Shown: positions 10,715 through 20,515 of the stretch, in pieces
Layout: each line of letters begins with the position of its first letter
Numbering within the stretch: the stretch's first letter is position 1
Assembly (NCBI GenBank): GCA_963776345.1
Contig: CAVZMH010000014.1
Coordinates: forward strand, 1-64,000
DNA length: 64,000 bases
Reading direction: 5' to 3'
From: an uncultured delta proteobacterium
Lineage (GTDB): Bacteria > Myxococcota > Myxococcia > Myxococcales > Myxococcaceae
Made by a program: the position numbers and the translations under genes
Notes under the pieces: model-generated
Seen by the model: only the letters and a program-made list of their open reading frames with translations
What the model was told of the DNA's origin: nothing
Databases searched by the model: none

Positions 10715-13109
10715 ATGTCCTGCAGCACGCACCGCCTGTCGCTTCGCGGAAGACGCGCCGTCCTGACCGCCCTGGTGGCGGCCGGGTGGAGCCTGCCCGC
10801 GCTCGCCGCCAACCTCGGCATCGTGCACGGGTCGGTGCACGACGAGGCCGGCAAGCCCATCCCCGGCACCCAGGTGACGCTGCTCCGGGGCACGGTGACC
10901 CTGGACCGGCACACCACCGACGCCACCGGCCACTTCGAGCTGGAGCAGGTCCCGTTCGGGAAGTACCGGCTCACCTTCTCCGCGCCCGACGGGCGGATGG
11001 ACGACCGCGAGGTGCTCATCGCCTCGGGTGACGTGCTGGAGCTCGACGTCATGCTCCCCACGCTGGAGGAGACGGTCACCGTGGTGGCTCCGAAGCGGGA
11101 GGCGCCTCGGCCGTCGACCACCACCAGCTCCGCCACGCAGATCCAGCGCGAGGACATCCAGGCGCGCCCGCGCGGAGACTCGGCCTCGGTCAACGAGATC
11201 CTCGCCACCCAGCCAGGCTTCGTCTACGACGCCCTGGGCCAGCTCTACGTGCGGGGCAACCACGCCAATCTCCAGTACCAGCTGGACGGCGTCCCGCTGC
11301 CCGACTCCGTCTCGGGCCTCTTCGGCCAGTTCCTCTCGCCCAAGCTTGTGGAAAACATCGAGGTCATCACCGGCGGGCTCCCCGCCGAGTACGGCCAGCG
11401 GCTCTCCGCGGTGGTGAACCTGAACTCGCGACGGCCGCCACCTGAGGGCGAGGGACAGGCCGAGCTGCTCTACGGAAGCTTCGACACCTGGACCCCCAGC
11501 GCCTTCTGGGGCCAGAAGCTCGGCTCGGTCTCGGTCATGACCGGCGGCAGCCTCACCTGGACCGACCGGGGGCTCGATCCCCCCAACCCCACGACCTACC
11601 TGCACGACGCCTCGCAGCAGGGCCGGGTGTTCGCCAAGGTGGACGTTGACCTGGGCGACCGGGATCACGTCTCGACACTCCTCAGCTACTCGCACAACCA
11701 TTTCCAGATCCCGGTGGACCCCACGCTCCAGCCCGGGGCGACCGAGCCAGACAAGTACGGCAATCCGCCACCTCCGTACTTCCCCCCGGACACCCAGCAG
11801 ACCGAGACCGAGAACGACCTCTTCGGGATCGCCTCGTACCGGCACGACTTCGACTCCGCGAAGTCGCTGCGCGTCGCCGGCTACGTCCGCCACTCCACGG
11901 CCAAGTTCTTCGGCGACCCGGAGCACGCGCTCGGGCCGACGCAGGAGCACTGTCCGGCCGGCTCCACGGACCCGCTGGACTGCCCCGGGGCGAGCAACGT
12001 GAATCGCCGGGCCGACCACGTCGGGCTGGTGGCGGACTACCTCCAGCGGCTCGGGGACCAGCACACGCTCAAGTTCGGGCTCAGCCTGGACCAACTCTGG
12101 GGGTCGACCGCCTACGACGCGTACGCGCGGACCTTCGCCCAGCCACCCGAGTTCATCCGGACCGGCCAGGGAGCGGACGAGCCCACGGCGACCTCGGGCG
12201 GTGCCTACGCTCAGGATCGGTTCACCGTCGGAAAGCTGACGCTGACCGGCGGGCTCCGCCTGGACTTCCAGAGTGCATCGGTCGGAGCGGGCAGCGACCG
12301 GGTGACCGACCTCGGCGTGAGTCCACGGCTCGGGGCGGCCTGGGCCTTCACTCCCGACGTGGTGGCCCACGCCTTCTTCGGCCTCCTCTGGGTTCCCCCC
12401 TCGGTGACCGACGTCGCGGCGGGCGCCCGGCTGTCGGGCAAGGTCTCTCCGAACCAGCCCGTCCCGTACGACCTCCGCCCGGAGAAGGACCGCTACGCCG
12501 AGGTGGGCCTCAAGGCCCGTGTCATCCCCGCGCTGACGCTCGGGCTCACGCTCTGGGGTCGGCTCTCGACCGACCAGCTGGACGAGACGGAGATCGGCGA
12601 ACACCGGCATCACCACTCCCTACAACTTCGCCGAGGGGCGCGCCGGCGGCATCGAGGCCACCGTCGACGCGGTCATCACCCAGAAGCTGACCGCCTTCGG
12701 CAACGTGAGCTTCGGCGCGGCGCAGGGGAAGGGCATCGCGACCGCGACGTACCTCTTCGATCAGGCCTCTCTCCAGAACACCGCCTGGCAGACGCTCGAT
12801 CACTCGCAGACCTGGACCGCGAACGCCGGGGCGAATTACCGGGATGGACCGACGCTGGTGTCGATGCTGGTCGCCTACGGCAGCGGACTTCGCACCGGCG
12901 CCGACAACCTGAGCCACGTCCCCGGGTGGGTCCGGGTGGACCTGACCCTGGCGCACGATTTCCTGAACCTTCCGCTCAGGCCCACCCTGGCCATCGACGT
13001 GGTGAACCTCTTCGACGCCCAGTACGCCTATCGGCTCTACAACGGCTTCAACGGGAGCCACTGGGCACCGGGCCGCAGCGTGTACGTGCGGGCCTCGGTG
13101 AACTTCTGA
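10715..13109 (+). CDS. TonB-dependent outer-membrane receptor with N-terminal carboxypeptidase-regulatory-like domain (frameshift near 12600)
   Basis: Signal peptide, GSVHDEAGKPIPGTQV, plug (LYVRGNHANLQYQLDGVP, IEVITGGLPAEYG), C-terminal DVVNLFD..GRSVYVRASVNF in ORF 12705..13109. Confidence 0.9.
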
Positions 13110-13219
13110 CTCGCACCCGGAGCGGGGTGCGAGGTGTGCGGGGCAGGTGTGCGTTCATTGACGCACTCCGCGATTCCGGACCCGAGCCGTTTCCCGGGTA
13201 ACCTTCGAGGACTCCCGGG

Positions 13220-13663
13220 ATGCGCGCCCTCGAGATCTTCGACACCGACGAGCACGGCAAGCTGGGCGGGAGCCTCGCGGAGATCCTGCGGCTGGCGAAC
13301 CCGCCGGCCTCCCGGCTGCACTGGACGCTCCGGTACATCGAGGCTCGCGACGACGTGAGCGCGGTCTGGCCGGCCGGGCTGAAGGATCTCGAATCCCAGG
13401 CCTCCTCGCGGAAGTTCGGGCTCGAGCTGACGTGGGAGCAGCTGACCGCGCTCGCCGCGGTGCTCCATGCTCCGGTGGACGTGCGGCTCGACGGGTGGGT
13501 CCGCGTGCCGCGGCCCGGCGAGGCGCCCGGCGAGCTGCGCATGCGCATCGAGGTGCTGGACTCCACCCTCTTCCGGGTGGCGGCGACTGACCGGAGGGTG
13601 CTCACCAGGCTGGAGCAGCGGTTCAAGGACACCCGGGCCGTCGAGCTGAGCGAGATGTACTGA
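13220..13663 (+). CDS. Hypothetical protein
   Basis: 147-aa ORF with normal globular composition and GAGG upstream; no family recognised. Confidence 0.6.
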   Translation: MRALEIFDTDEHGKLGGSLAEILRLANPPASRLHWTLRYIEARDDVSAVWPAGLKDLESQASSRKFGLELTWEQLTALAAVLHAPVDVRLDGWVRVPRPGEAPGELRMRIEVLDSTLFRVAATDRRVLTRLEQRFKDTRAVELSEMY

Positions 13664-13714
13664 GATGCCGTCAGCCCTGCCAGCGGTTCTGCGGGCGCCC
13701 CCCTGGTGCGGGGA

Positions 13715-14362
13715 CTAGCGCTCCCCGCCCGCAGGCAGGTCCACCGAGTCGATCGTCGCCCCCACCCGGCCGAGGAGCTCCCAGGCCCAGCCCACCGCCT
13801 CGTCCACCAGCCCGCCGACGGCGACCGCGCCCCAGACGAGGGTCAGGGTGGTGGTGGTGGCGTCGGAGGTCTTGGTGCGCTCCGAGTCTTTCACCGCGTT
13901 GGCGCACGGACCCTCGGCATCGAAGAGGCAGAGCAGGCCGGCGAGGTCGATCTCCTGGCCCGCGGCGTTGAAGACGTAGCGGGAGCCCTCCGGCGCGACG
14001 TCCACCCGCACCGGCGCCCGCAGCCGCTCCACGTCCACCACGCTGATCGGCAGGCCGGAGTGGAGGGAGACCGCGTTCCCCACGTCGACCGCGGCGTTGA
14101 TGGGACCGAGCTTCCCCTCGGCCGCGGCCCGGACCAGGTACTCGGAGGCCGGTTTCCCCCGGCCGGTGGGCTTGTAGCCGCCGTGGCGGAGCAGGTCGCG
14201 GATCGCCACCCGGACCTCCTCGCTGCCGCGCACCGGCCCGCGAGCGCCGGGCGCGAGCAGGTCGCGGTAGGGGTCGCGCGGGAGCTTGCCCAGCGGCGCC
14301 GGGAACTGCGTGACGAAGGCGCGCAGCGCGAGCAGCGGGTGAGGGGCGACGGTCAGCTCCAC
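13715..14362 (-). CDS. B3/4 domain protein (PheRS beta-subunit editing-like)
   Basis: RDLLRHGGYKPTGRGKPASEYL, INAAVDVGNAVSLHSGLPISVVD, GPCANAVKDS; probable GTG start at 14362. Confidence 0.85.
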   Translation of the reverse strand: MELTVAPHPLLALRAFVTQFPAPLGKLPRDPYRDLLAPGARGPVRGSEEVRVAIRDLLRHGGYKPTGRGKPASEYLVRAAAEGKLGPINAAVDVGNAVSLHSGLPISVVDVERLRAPVRVDVAPEGSRYVFNAAGQEIDLAGLLCLFDAEGPCANAVKDSERTKTSDATTTTLTLVWGAVAVGGLVDEAVGWAWELLGRVGATIDSVDLPAGGER

Positions 14363-14414
14363 GGACGGGCGAGCGTACGCCTTTCGAGCGTCGTCGTGTG
14401 CTAGCGAGGGGCCC

Positions 14415-15036
14415 ACGTCCCCGACTCGACCCATCGCCGCGGAGCTGCTGAGCGGAGCCGACCTGTACCGCACGGTGGTGCTGGAGAAGATGGCCGGGGC
14501 CCGCGAGTCGGTGTGGATCGCCACCGCCAACGTCAAGGCGATGATGATCGAGCAGCCCCAGGCTCGGGGCAGGCCGGTTCGCCCCCGTGCTCGCGCTGTT
14601 CCGCACGCTCGCCCGGCGCGGGGTGGAGCTGCGACTGCTGCACGCCGAGCTGCCGAGCCGCCCGTTCCGCGCCGCCTTCGACCGCTCGAGGACGCTGGTC
14701 CGCGGCGGGCTCCAGCTGAAGATCTGCCCCCGGGTCCACTTCAAGTGCGTCCGGGTGGACGGGGCCTGGGTGTACCTGGGGAGCGCGAACCTGACCGGCG
14801 CCGGCCTCGGAGCGAAGCACCCGGACGCGCGGAACTTCGAGCTGGGGTTCGTCACCGAGGACTTCGACACCATCGACCGGGTCACCGCGCTGTACGAGTC
14901 GGTGTGGTCGGGAGCGGAGTGCGGGCGCTGCCGGCTGCGGTCGGTGTGCCCGGATCCGATCGGTCCGGCCGTTCCCCGGCCGAGGAGGAGCGACGGCATC
15001 CGGCTCGGGCGCGCGCGGCGGCTCCGGCGCGGCTGA
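14415..15036 (+). CDS. Single-HKD phospholipase D/nuclease-like protein (frameshift near 14575; start uncertain)
   Basis: ARESVWIATANVK in one frame, then HFKCVRVDG..YLGSANLTGAG..RNFELG and C-terminal CGRCRLRSVCPDP. Confidence 0.75.
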
Positions 15037-15134
15037 GCTGCCACGCGGTCCGCGGCGGTATGCTCCGGGGCCGTGAGTGCCCGTGCCTCTCGCGCGTGCG
15101 TGCCGCCGGCGTCCGGCCTCGACCGGAGCCGGAC

Positions 15135-16196
15135 GTGAGCCGCGCCGAGCGCCCCCAGCTCCTCGGCGCGGTCGCCGGGCTCCTCTCGGCCGTCCTCTTC
15201 GGCGCCAGCGTGCCCATCACCAAGCGGCTGCTGCCCGAGGTCGCGCCGATGCTGCTCGCCGGCCTCCTCTACCTCGGCGGAGGGCTGGCGGTGGGCGCCG
15301 TGCGGCTCGCAGCCCACCGCCGCATCGTCGAGGCGGGCCTCGGCCGCGCCGACCTGCCGCGGGTGCTGGCCATCGTCCTGCTCGGCGGCGTGCTGGGCCC
15401 GCTGGCGCTGGTCCACGGGCTGCGGACCGTGTCCGGCGTGAGCGGCGCGCTCCTGCTCAACCTCGAGGGACCTCTCACGGTGCTGGTCGCGCTCACCCTC
15501 TTCGGCGAGCACCTCGGGCCGCGCGCGGCGCTCGCGGCGGGCCTGGTCTTCCTCGGCGCGTGCCTGCTCGCCGTCCCCGGCGCCGGCGCGGGCTCCGCAC
15601 GTCTCTCCGGCGTCCTCCTCCTCGCCGCGGCCTGCGCCGCCTGGGCCGTGGACAACAACCTCACCCAGGGCCTGGCCGGGAAGGACCCCTGGCAGCTGGT
15701 CATCGCCAAGACGCTCGGGGCGGGCACGGGGATGGTCTCGCTCGCGCTCGTCCTCGGGGACGCCCTTCCCGGGACAGGCGTGATGGCCTCCGCGCTGGTG
15801 CTCGGAGCCCTCGCCTACGGAGCCAGCGTGCTGCTCGATGCCTTTGCGCTGCGGCTCCTCGGCGCCGCCCGCGAGGCCGCGTTCTTCGCCACCGCGCCGT
15901 TCGCCGGGGCGCTCCTCTCGGTCCCCGTCCTCGGCGAGCAGCTCGGCTCGGTCCAGCTCGCCGCGGGCGCGGTGATGGTCATCGGCGTCGGCATCCTGGT
16001 CCGCGAACGGCACGGGCACGAGCACAGCCATGAGGCGCTCGAGCACAGCCATCGGCACGTGCACGACGCGCACCACCAGCACCCGCATCCCGAGGGCGTG
16101 GCCCAGGCCGGGCCGCACGCGCATCCGCACCGTCACGCACCGCTCACGCACGCACACGCGCACGTCTCGGACGCGCACCACCGTCACGCGCACTGA
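15135..16196 (+). CDS. EamA/DMT family transporter with His-rich C-terminal tail
   Basis: Ten-TM pattern, LLLNLEG, WAVDNNLT, LRLLGAAR; last 61 residues contain 23 His. Confidence 0.88.
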   Translation: MSRAERPQLLGAVAGLLSAVLFGASVPITKRLLPEVAPMLLAGLLYLGGGLAVGAVRLAAHRRIVEAGLGRADLPRVLAIVLLGGVLGPLALVHGLRTVSGVSGALLLNLEGPLTVLVALTLFGEHLGPRAALAAGLVFLGACLLAVPGAGAGSARLSGVLLLAAACAAWAVDNNLTQGLAGKDPWQLVIAKTLGAGTGMVSLALVLGDALPGTGVMASALVLGALAYGASVLLDAFALRLLGAAREAAFFATAPFAGALLSVPVLGEQLGSVQLAAGAVMVIGVGILVRERHGHEHSHEALEHSHRHVHDAHHQHPHPEGVAQAGPHAHPHRHAPLTHAHAHVSDAHHRHAH

Positions 16197-16350
16197 GGCA
16201 CACGGCGGGGGGACGCGTGGAGCGGGCCCCCGAGGATGAGGAGCCGGACGGCGCCCCCCTGGCGGAAGGTGGAGGATCGGTGCGGAAGGGTGGCGCTCGG
16301 CCCGCGGGACCGGCAGATTCGGTCGTCCCCCCCGGGGCAAGGACGAGGAC

Positions 16351-17259
16351 GTGAGCGATCGCTTCGAGGCGGACGTGCAGAGGATGCAGCGGGCGCTGGC
16401 GGCCGAGGTCGACCGCCGGGCGCGCCGGGAGACCCGTCGTGAGGAGCGCCGCGACCGTCGTGCCACGCGCCGGGCCGCGCGCCGCCGGAGCCCGAGGAGC
16501 GGCACCTTCCTGCTCGTCGCCGCGGCCATCCTCACCGTCCTGGTGGTCGAGGGGGCCCCGTACTGGCTGCTCTTCCTGGTCCTGTGGATGGCGTTCGAGG
16601 GCACCCGCCGCCTCGTCGGCCGCCGCGCCCCGGAGGCGGAGGGCGAGGCCACGCCGCTGGCCGAGACCGGGGTGGACGCCCGTCTGGCGCGGGTGGACGC
16701 GCTCTGCGACCAGCTCCTCGCGGACATCCGCAGCGCCCCGGCGGTGCTCCGGGAGATCGTCCAGAGGCCCGAGGAGGCGGTGCAGGCGCTCCGCGACGGC
16801 GTGCACGCCCTCGAGCGCCGCGAGCGGGAGATCCGCTCCCTCGCCCGCCCCGAGGACGACGCGCGCCTGCAGTCCGAGCGCGACTCGCTGCAGCGCCGCC
16901 TCGCCGCGGAGCAGGACGCCGTCACCCGGCAGCGGCTCGGCCAGGCCCTCGAGGCGCTCGAGCAGCAGCGCAGCCAGCGCGCCTCGCTGCTCACCGCCGC
17001 CTCCCGCCTCGAGGCCGAGCGCACCCGGCTGCTCTACACGCTGGAGGGGCTGCACACCCAGGTGCTCGCCGTCCGCTCCACCGCCGAGGCAGGCCAGGAG
17101 CAGGCCGCGGCCGAGCGCCTCCGCCTGAGCCTGGACACGCTCTCCAGCGAGGTCTCCGCGGTGGCCGGGGCGCTGGAGTCGGTGCAGGCCGTCGACGCCG
17201 GCGCCGTCTCCTCCGCCGAGGTCCGTGCGCCCGGCAGCCGGGTCCCGGAGCGCAGCTGA
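16351..17259 (+). CDS. Hypothetical membrane-anchored coiled-coil protein
   Basis: Two TM segments followed by long helical heptad-like region; stop overlaps the next ATG. Confidence 0.7.
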   Translation: MSDRFEADVQRMQRALAAEVDRRARRETRREERRDRRATRRAARRRSPRSGTFLLVAAAILTVLVVEGAPYWLLFLVLWMAFEGTRRLVGRRAPEAEGEATPLAETGVDARLARVDALCDQLLADIRSAPAVLREIVQRPEEAVQALRDGVHALERREREIRSLARPEDDARLQSERDSLQRRLAAEQDAVTRQRLGQALEALEQQRSQRASLLTAASRLEAERTRLLYTLEGLHTQVLAVRSTAEAGQEQAAAERLRLSLDTLSSEVSAVAGALESVQAVDAGAVSSAEVRAPGSRVPERS

Positions 17260-18290
17260 TGTCCGGGCCCCAGGCCGCCGTCCCGTCTGCGGACGCGAGC
17301 ACCCCGCCGGCGCCGCCATTCACTCCCACCGTGCCGTTCCGCCCGGCCTGGGGCGCCGCCGGCCCCCAGCGCCAGACGCTGCTCGCGCACCTGCTCCGCC
17401 GCCCGCGCCCGCCCCCGCTTCGCCGCGAGCGGGTGGACACCCACGACGGCGACTTCCTCGACCTCGACTGGCTCGAGGCCCCGCCGGACGTGCCGCACGT
17501 GCTCGTCCTCCACGGGCTGGAGGGAAGCCCCTCCTCCGGCTACGTGCGCGCCACCCTGAACGAGATCGCCCGCCGCGGCTGGGGCGCGGTGGCGATGGCC
17601 TGGCGGAGCTGCAGCGGCGAGCCCAACCGCGCGCTCCGCTCGTACTGCTCGGGTGAGACCGAGGACCCCCGCTTCGTCAGCAACCGGATCCGCGAGGCCG
17701 GCATCCGCGGGCCGCTGTTCGCCATCGGCTACTCGCTGGGGGCCAACGCGCTCTTGAAGCTGCTGGCCGAGACCGGAGAGGCCGCACCGCTCGACGGCGC
17801 GGTGGCGGTGAGCACCCCGTTCGATCTGGCCGCCTGCGCCCGCGCCCTCGACGCGCCGTGGAGCGGGGGAGCGCTCTACCGCCGCGTCTTCCTCAAGACG
17901 CTCCGGGTGAAGGCGCTGGGAAAGCTCCGCGAGCACCCCGCGTCGGGGCTCTCGCCCGAGGGGGTGCGGCGCGCGCGCACGCTCCACGCCTTCGACGACG
18001 CGTTCACCGCGCCCAGCAACGGCTACCGCGACGCGGACGACTACTACGCCCGCGCCTCGTCCGGGCCGCTCCTCGGCCGCATCCGCCGCCCGGTGCTGTG
18101 CATCAGCGCCGAGGACGACCCGATGATCCCCGTGGAGACGCTGCCCGCCTCCATCCCCGGGCGGTACGTGCAGCTGCTCCGGACCGCCAGCGGCGGCCAC
18201 GTGGGCTTCCTCTCCGGCAGCCTGTTCCGGCCACGCTTCTGGGCCGAGTCCCAGGCCGTCGAGTTCCTCGCCCACCTCGCCGGGGGCTGA
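17259..18290 (+). CDS. YheT-like alpha/beta hydrolase
   Basis: DGDFLDLDW, LHGLEGS, RSCSGEPN, GYSLG nucleophile elbow, FDDAFTAP, GGHVGF. Confidence 0.9.
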   Translation: MSGPQAAVPSADASTPPAPPFTPTVPFRPAWGAAGPQRQTLLAHLLRRPRPPPLRRERVDTHDGDFLDLDWLEAPPDVPHVLVLHGLEGSPSSGYVRATLNEIARRGWGAVAMAWRSCSGEPNRALRSYCSGETEDPRFVSNRIREAGIRGPLFAIGYSLGANALLKLLAETGEAAPLDGAVAVSTPFDLAACARALDAPWSGGALYRRVFLKTLRVKALGKLREHPASGLSPEGVRRARTLHAFDDAFTAPSNGYRDADDYYARASSGPLLGRIRRPVLCISAEDDPMIPVETLPASIPGRYVQLLRTASGGHVGFLSGSLFRPRFWAESQAVEFLAHLAGG

Positions 18291-18305
18291 TCGGCCCGCG
18301 GCGTC

Positions 18306-18890
18306 TCACCGGCGGGCGGCGAGGAAGCACCCCTGGACGTGGTCGTCCACCAGCCCGCAGGCCTGCATGAAGGCGTAGCAGATGGTGGAGCCCACGAAGC
18401 GGAAGCCCCGCGCCCGGAGCGCCGCGCTGAGCGCGTCCGACTCGGGCGTGGTCGCCGGAACCTGCTTCAGGGTGCGCGGGCGCCGGCGGATGGGCTTCCC
18501 GCCGACGAAGCTCCAGGCGAAGGAATCGAACGAGCCGTGCTCGCGCTGCACCCGGAGGAACGCCCGGGCGTTCTCCAGCGCCGAGGTCACCTTGGCCCGG
18601 TTCCGGACGATGGCAGGGTCCTGGAGGAGCGCCTCGACGCGCGCCGGGCGGAAACGCGCCACGCGCTCCGGGTCGAAGCCGGCGAACGCGCGGCGGTAGC
18701 CCTCGCGCTTCCGGAGCACCGTCCACCACGAGAGGCCGGCCTGGGCGCCCTCGAGGACCAGGAACTCGAAGAGCGTGCGGTCGTCGTGCACCGGGCGACC
18801 CCACTCCTCGTCGTGGTAGCGGATGTAGAGCGGCTCCTCGGTCACCCAGCCGCAGCGGGGCCGGGCGCGGAGGCCTGGCTCAGGGGCCAT
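18306..18890 (-). CDS. tag: DNA-3-methyladenine glycosylase I
   Basis: RCGW, YHDEEWG, LEGAQAGLSW, IVRNRAK, FVGSTICYAFMQACGLVDDH. Confidence 0.95.
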   Translation of the reverse strand: MAPEPGLRARPRCGWVTEEPLYIRYHDEEWGRPVHDDRTLFEFLVLEGAQAGLSWWTVLRKREGYRRAFAGFDPERVARFRPARVEALLQDPAIVRNRAKVTSALENARAFLRVQREHGSFDSFAWSFVGGKPIRRRPRTLKQVPATTPESDALSAALRARGFRFVGSTICYAFMQACGLVDDHVQGCFLAARR

Positions 18891-18977
18891 CGTGCACTCT
18901 CATCGGTCCGGGGCCCGTGCCTAGACGAGTCCGGAGCGGGAGCGCAAACGGCGCGGGAGGCGAACCGTTCGCCGCGG

Positions 18978-20465
18978 TCAGGGACTCCGGGGGCGCACCG
19001 GGGCGAGCCGTGCGTCGGGCCCGGCATAGCGCAAGGTCGCCACGCTCCAGCCGGGCGGCGTCCGCGGACAGAACGGGCCGCAGATCTCCACCTGGTGGCC
19101 CTGGCAGGCCGGCTCGGTGCGCGCCAAGGAGCGCAGGCTCTCGGGGAAGGCGACGACCTGCACCTCGAGCGCGATGCCGGGGGTGGGCGCGGCGCACGCC
19201 TCGGCCAGCGCCCGCCGCTGGGCCCCGAGGGTGAGCCCGTAGTGGATGCCCCGGGTCCCCCCGTGCTCGCCGATCCACCCCATCCACGAGCGCTGGAGGG
19301 CGAACCCCCAGAGCCCGACCCCCAGCGCCAGGGCCGCGAGCGCCCGGGCCCCGCCCTCCCGTCCGGGCCACAGCGTTGCGACGGCGAGCGCCCAGCCGGC
19401 CACCGGGATCCACAGCACCGGCTGCTGGTAGTGCGGCTCGGGAGGAAGCGCGAGCAGGCCGAGGAAGGCGGCGTGCAGGCCCCAGGTCCAGAGGCCGAGC
19501 CGCGCCACGCGCCGGAGCCCGGGCGAGGGGGAACGGCGCCCGAGGACGAGCCCGAGGAGCGCGCCCACGCCCACCACCGTGGCCACCGGCGGACCGAGGA
19601 CCCGGAGGGCGGCCCCCGGCGCGCTCTCCCGGGTGAAGCGGGCCCAGTCGGCGTCGAAGAAGTAGCCCAGCCCCAGCCCGGCGGTCTGCGCGAACGGCGC
19701 GCCCAGCGCCTCGACCGCGCGACCGAGGCGGTCGAGGACGCCCACCGCCGCGACGGGCGCCGGCGCGGAGCCCTCGTGGAGGAGCGCCCGGGCGTAGGGG
19801 AGCATCACCACCGCGGCCGCGAGCACCCCGGCGCCGAGCGGCAGGAGCCGGTCTCGCCACGCGCGCCGCTCGCCGAGGAGCACCGCCACGACGGCCACCG
19901 CGAGCGGCACGGCCATGAGGTGCGTCCCCAGCGCGAGCCCGAGGAGCACGCCCGCCAGCGCCCCCGTCCCGGCGCGCACCGGGCCAGGGCGGGCGAGCAC
20001 CGCGGCGGTGAGCGCGGCGAATCCGGCGAGCAGCGAATTGTCCCAGCCCTGCCGGCTCCAGAGGAAGGCGAAGGGCGAGGCGGCGGCGAGCCAGAGCGCG
20101 ACGCCCAGCACCAGGGGGGGCGCCTCCGAGCGGCGGGCGAGCGCTCCCGAGAGCAGCGCCACCGCGCCGGTGAGGAAGAGCCCCGCGGCCAGGATGCCCG
20201 CCTCGGGCCGGGGACCCGCCACCCGGTGGACCGCGGCGTAGAACCAGAGCGGCGCTGGCCCGTAGCGCACGCCGCGGGTGCCCCGGAGCACCGAGATGGC
20301 CGCCCAGTGCCCGTCCCGGGCATCGCGCGCGGCCGCGTCTTGCAACTGAGGCTCGTCGAGCACGTACGAGCCCAGGTCCCGGTCGACGAAGCGCGTCCCG
20401 AGCGCGAGGAGCGCCCCGGCGACGAGGAGCCACGCCGGCCACCATCGAAGGGCTGCGGAGCGCAC
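18978..20465 (-). CDS. Polytopic membrane protein, possibly ArnT/PMT-like glycosyltransferase
   Basis: Many TM segments; LDEPQL after TM1, YGPAPLWFY, WSRQGWDNS, GTHLMA. Confidence 0.6.
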   Translation of the reverse strand: MRSAALRWWPAWLLVAGALLALGTRFVDRDLGSYVLDEPQLQDAAARDARDGHWAAISVLRGTRGVRYGPAPLWFYAAVHRVAGPRPEAGILAAGLFLTGAVALLSGALARRSEAPPLVLGVALWLAAASPFAFLWSRQGWDNSLLAGFAALTAAVLARPGPVRAGTGALAGVLLGLALGTHLMAVPLAVAVVAVLLGERRAWRDRLLPLGAGVLAAAVVMLPYARALLHEGSAPAPVAAVGVLDRLGRAVEALGAPFAQTAGLGLGYFFDADWARFTRESAPGAALRVLGPPVATVVGVGALLGLVLGRRSPSPGLRRVARLGLWTWGLHAAFLGLLALPPEPHYQQPVLWIPVAGWALAVATLWPGREGGARALAALALGVGLWGFALQRSWMGWIGEHGGTRGIHYGLTLGAQRRALAEACAAPTPGIALEVQVVAFPESLRSLARTEPACQGHQVEICGPFCPRTPPGWSVATLRYAGPDARLAPVRPRSP

Positions 20466-20515
20466 CGTCCTCGATGATCCCCTGCCACGAACGGGTGCGC
20501 TAGAAGGACCGCTCC

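Noticed and set aside
14475..16196. PLD-EamA fusion protein
   Set aside because: The apparent fusion arises from a frameshift near 14575. The PLD domain continues in another frame to its stop at 15036, and EamA starts at about 15135
13671..17024. 1117-aa minus-strand ORF and similar very long Arg/Pro/Gly-rich ORFs (e.g. 8374..11208, 9812..12616, most of 24201..27236, 56046..58697)
   Set aside because: Shadow ORFs expected at very high GC. They overlap well-supported genes on the other strand or frame and carry no motifs
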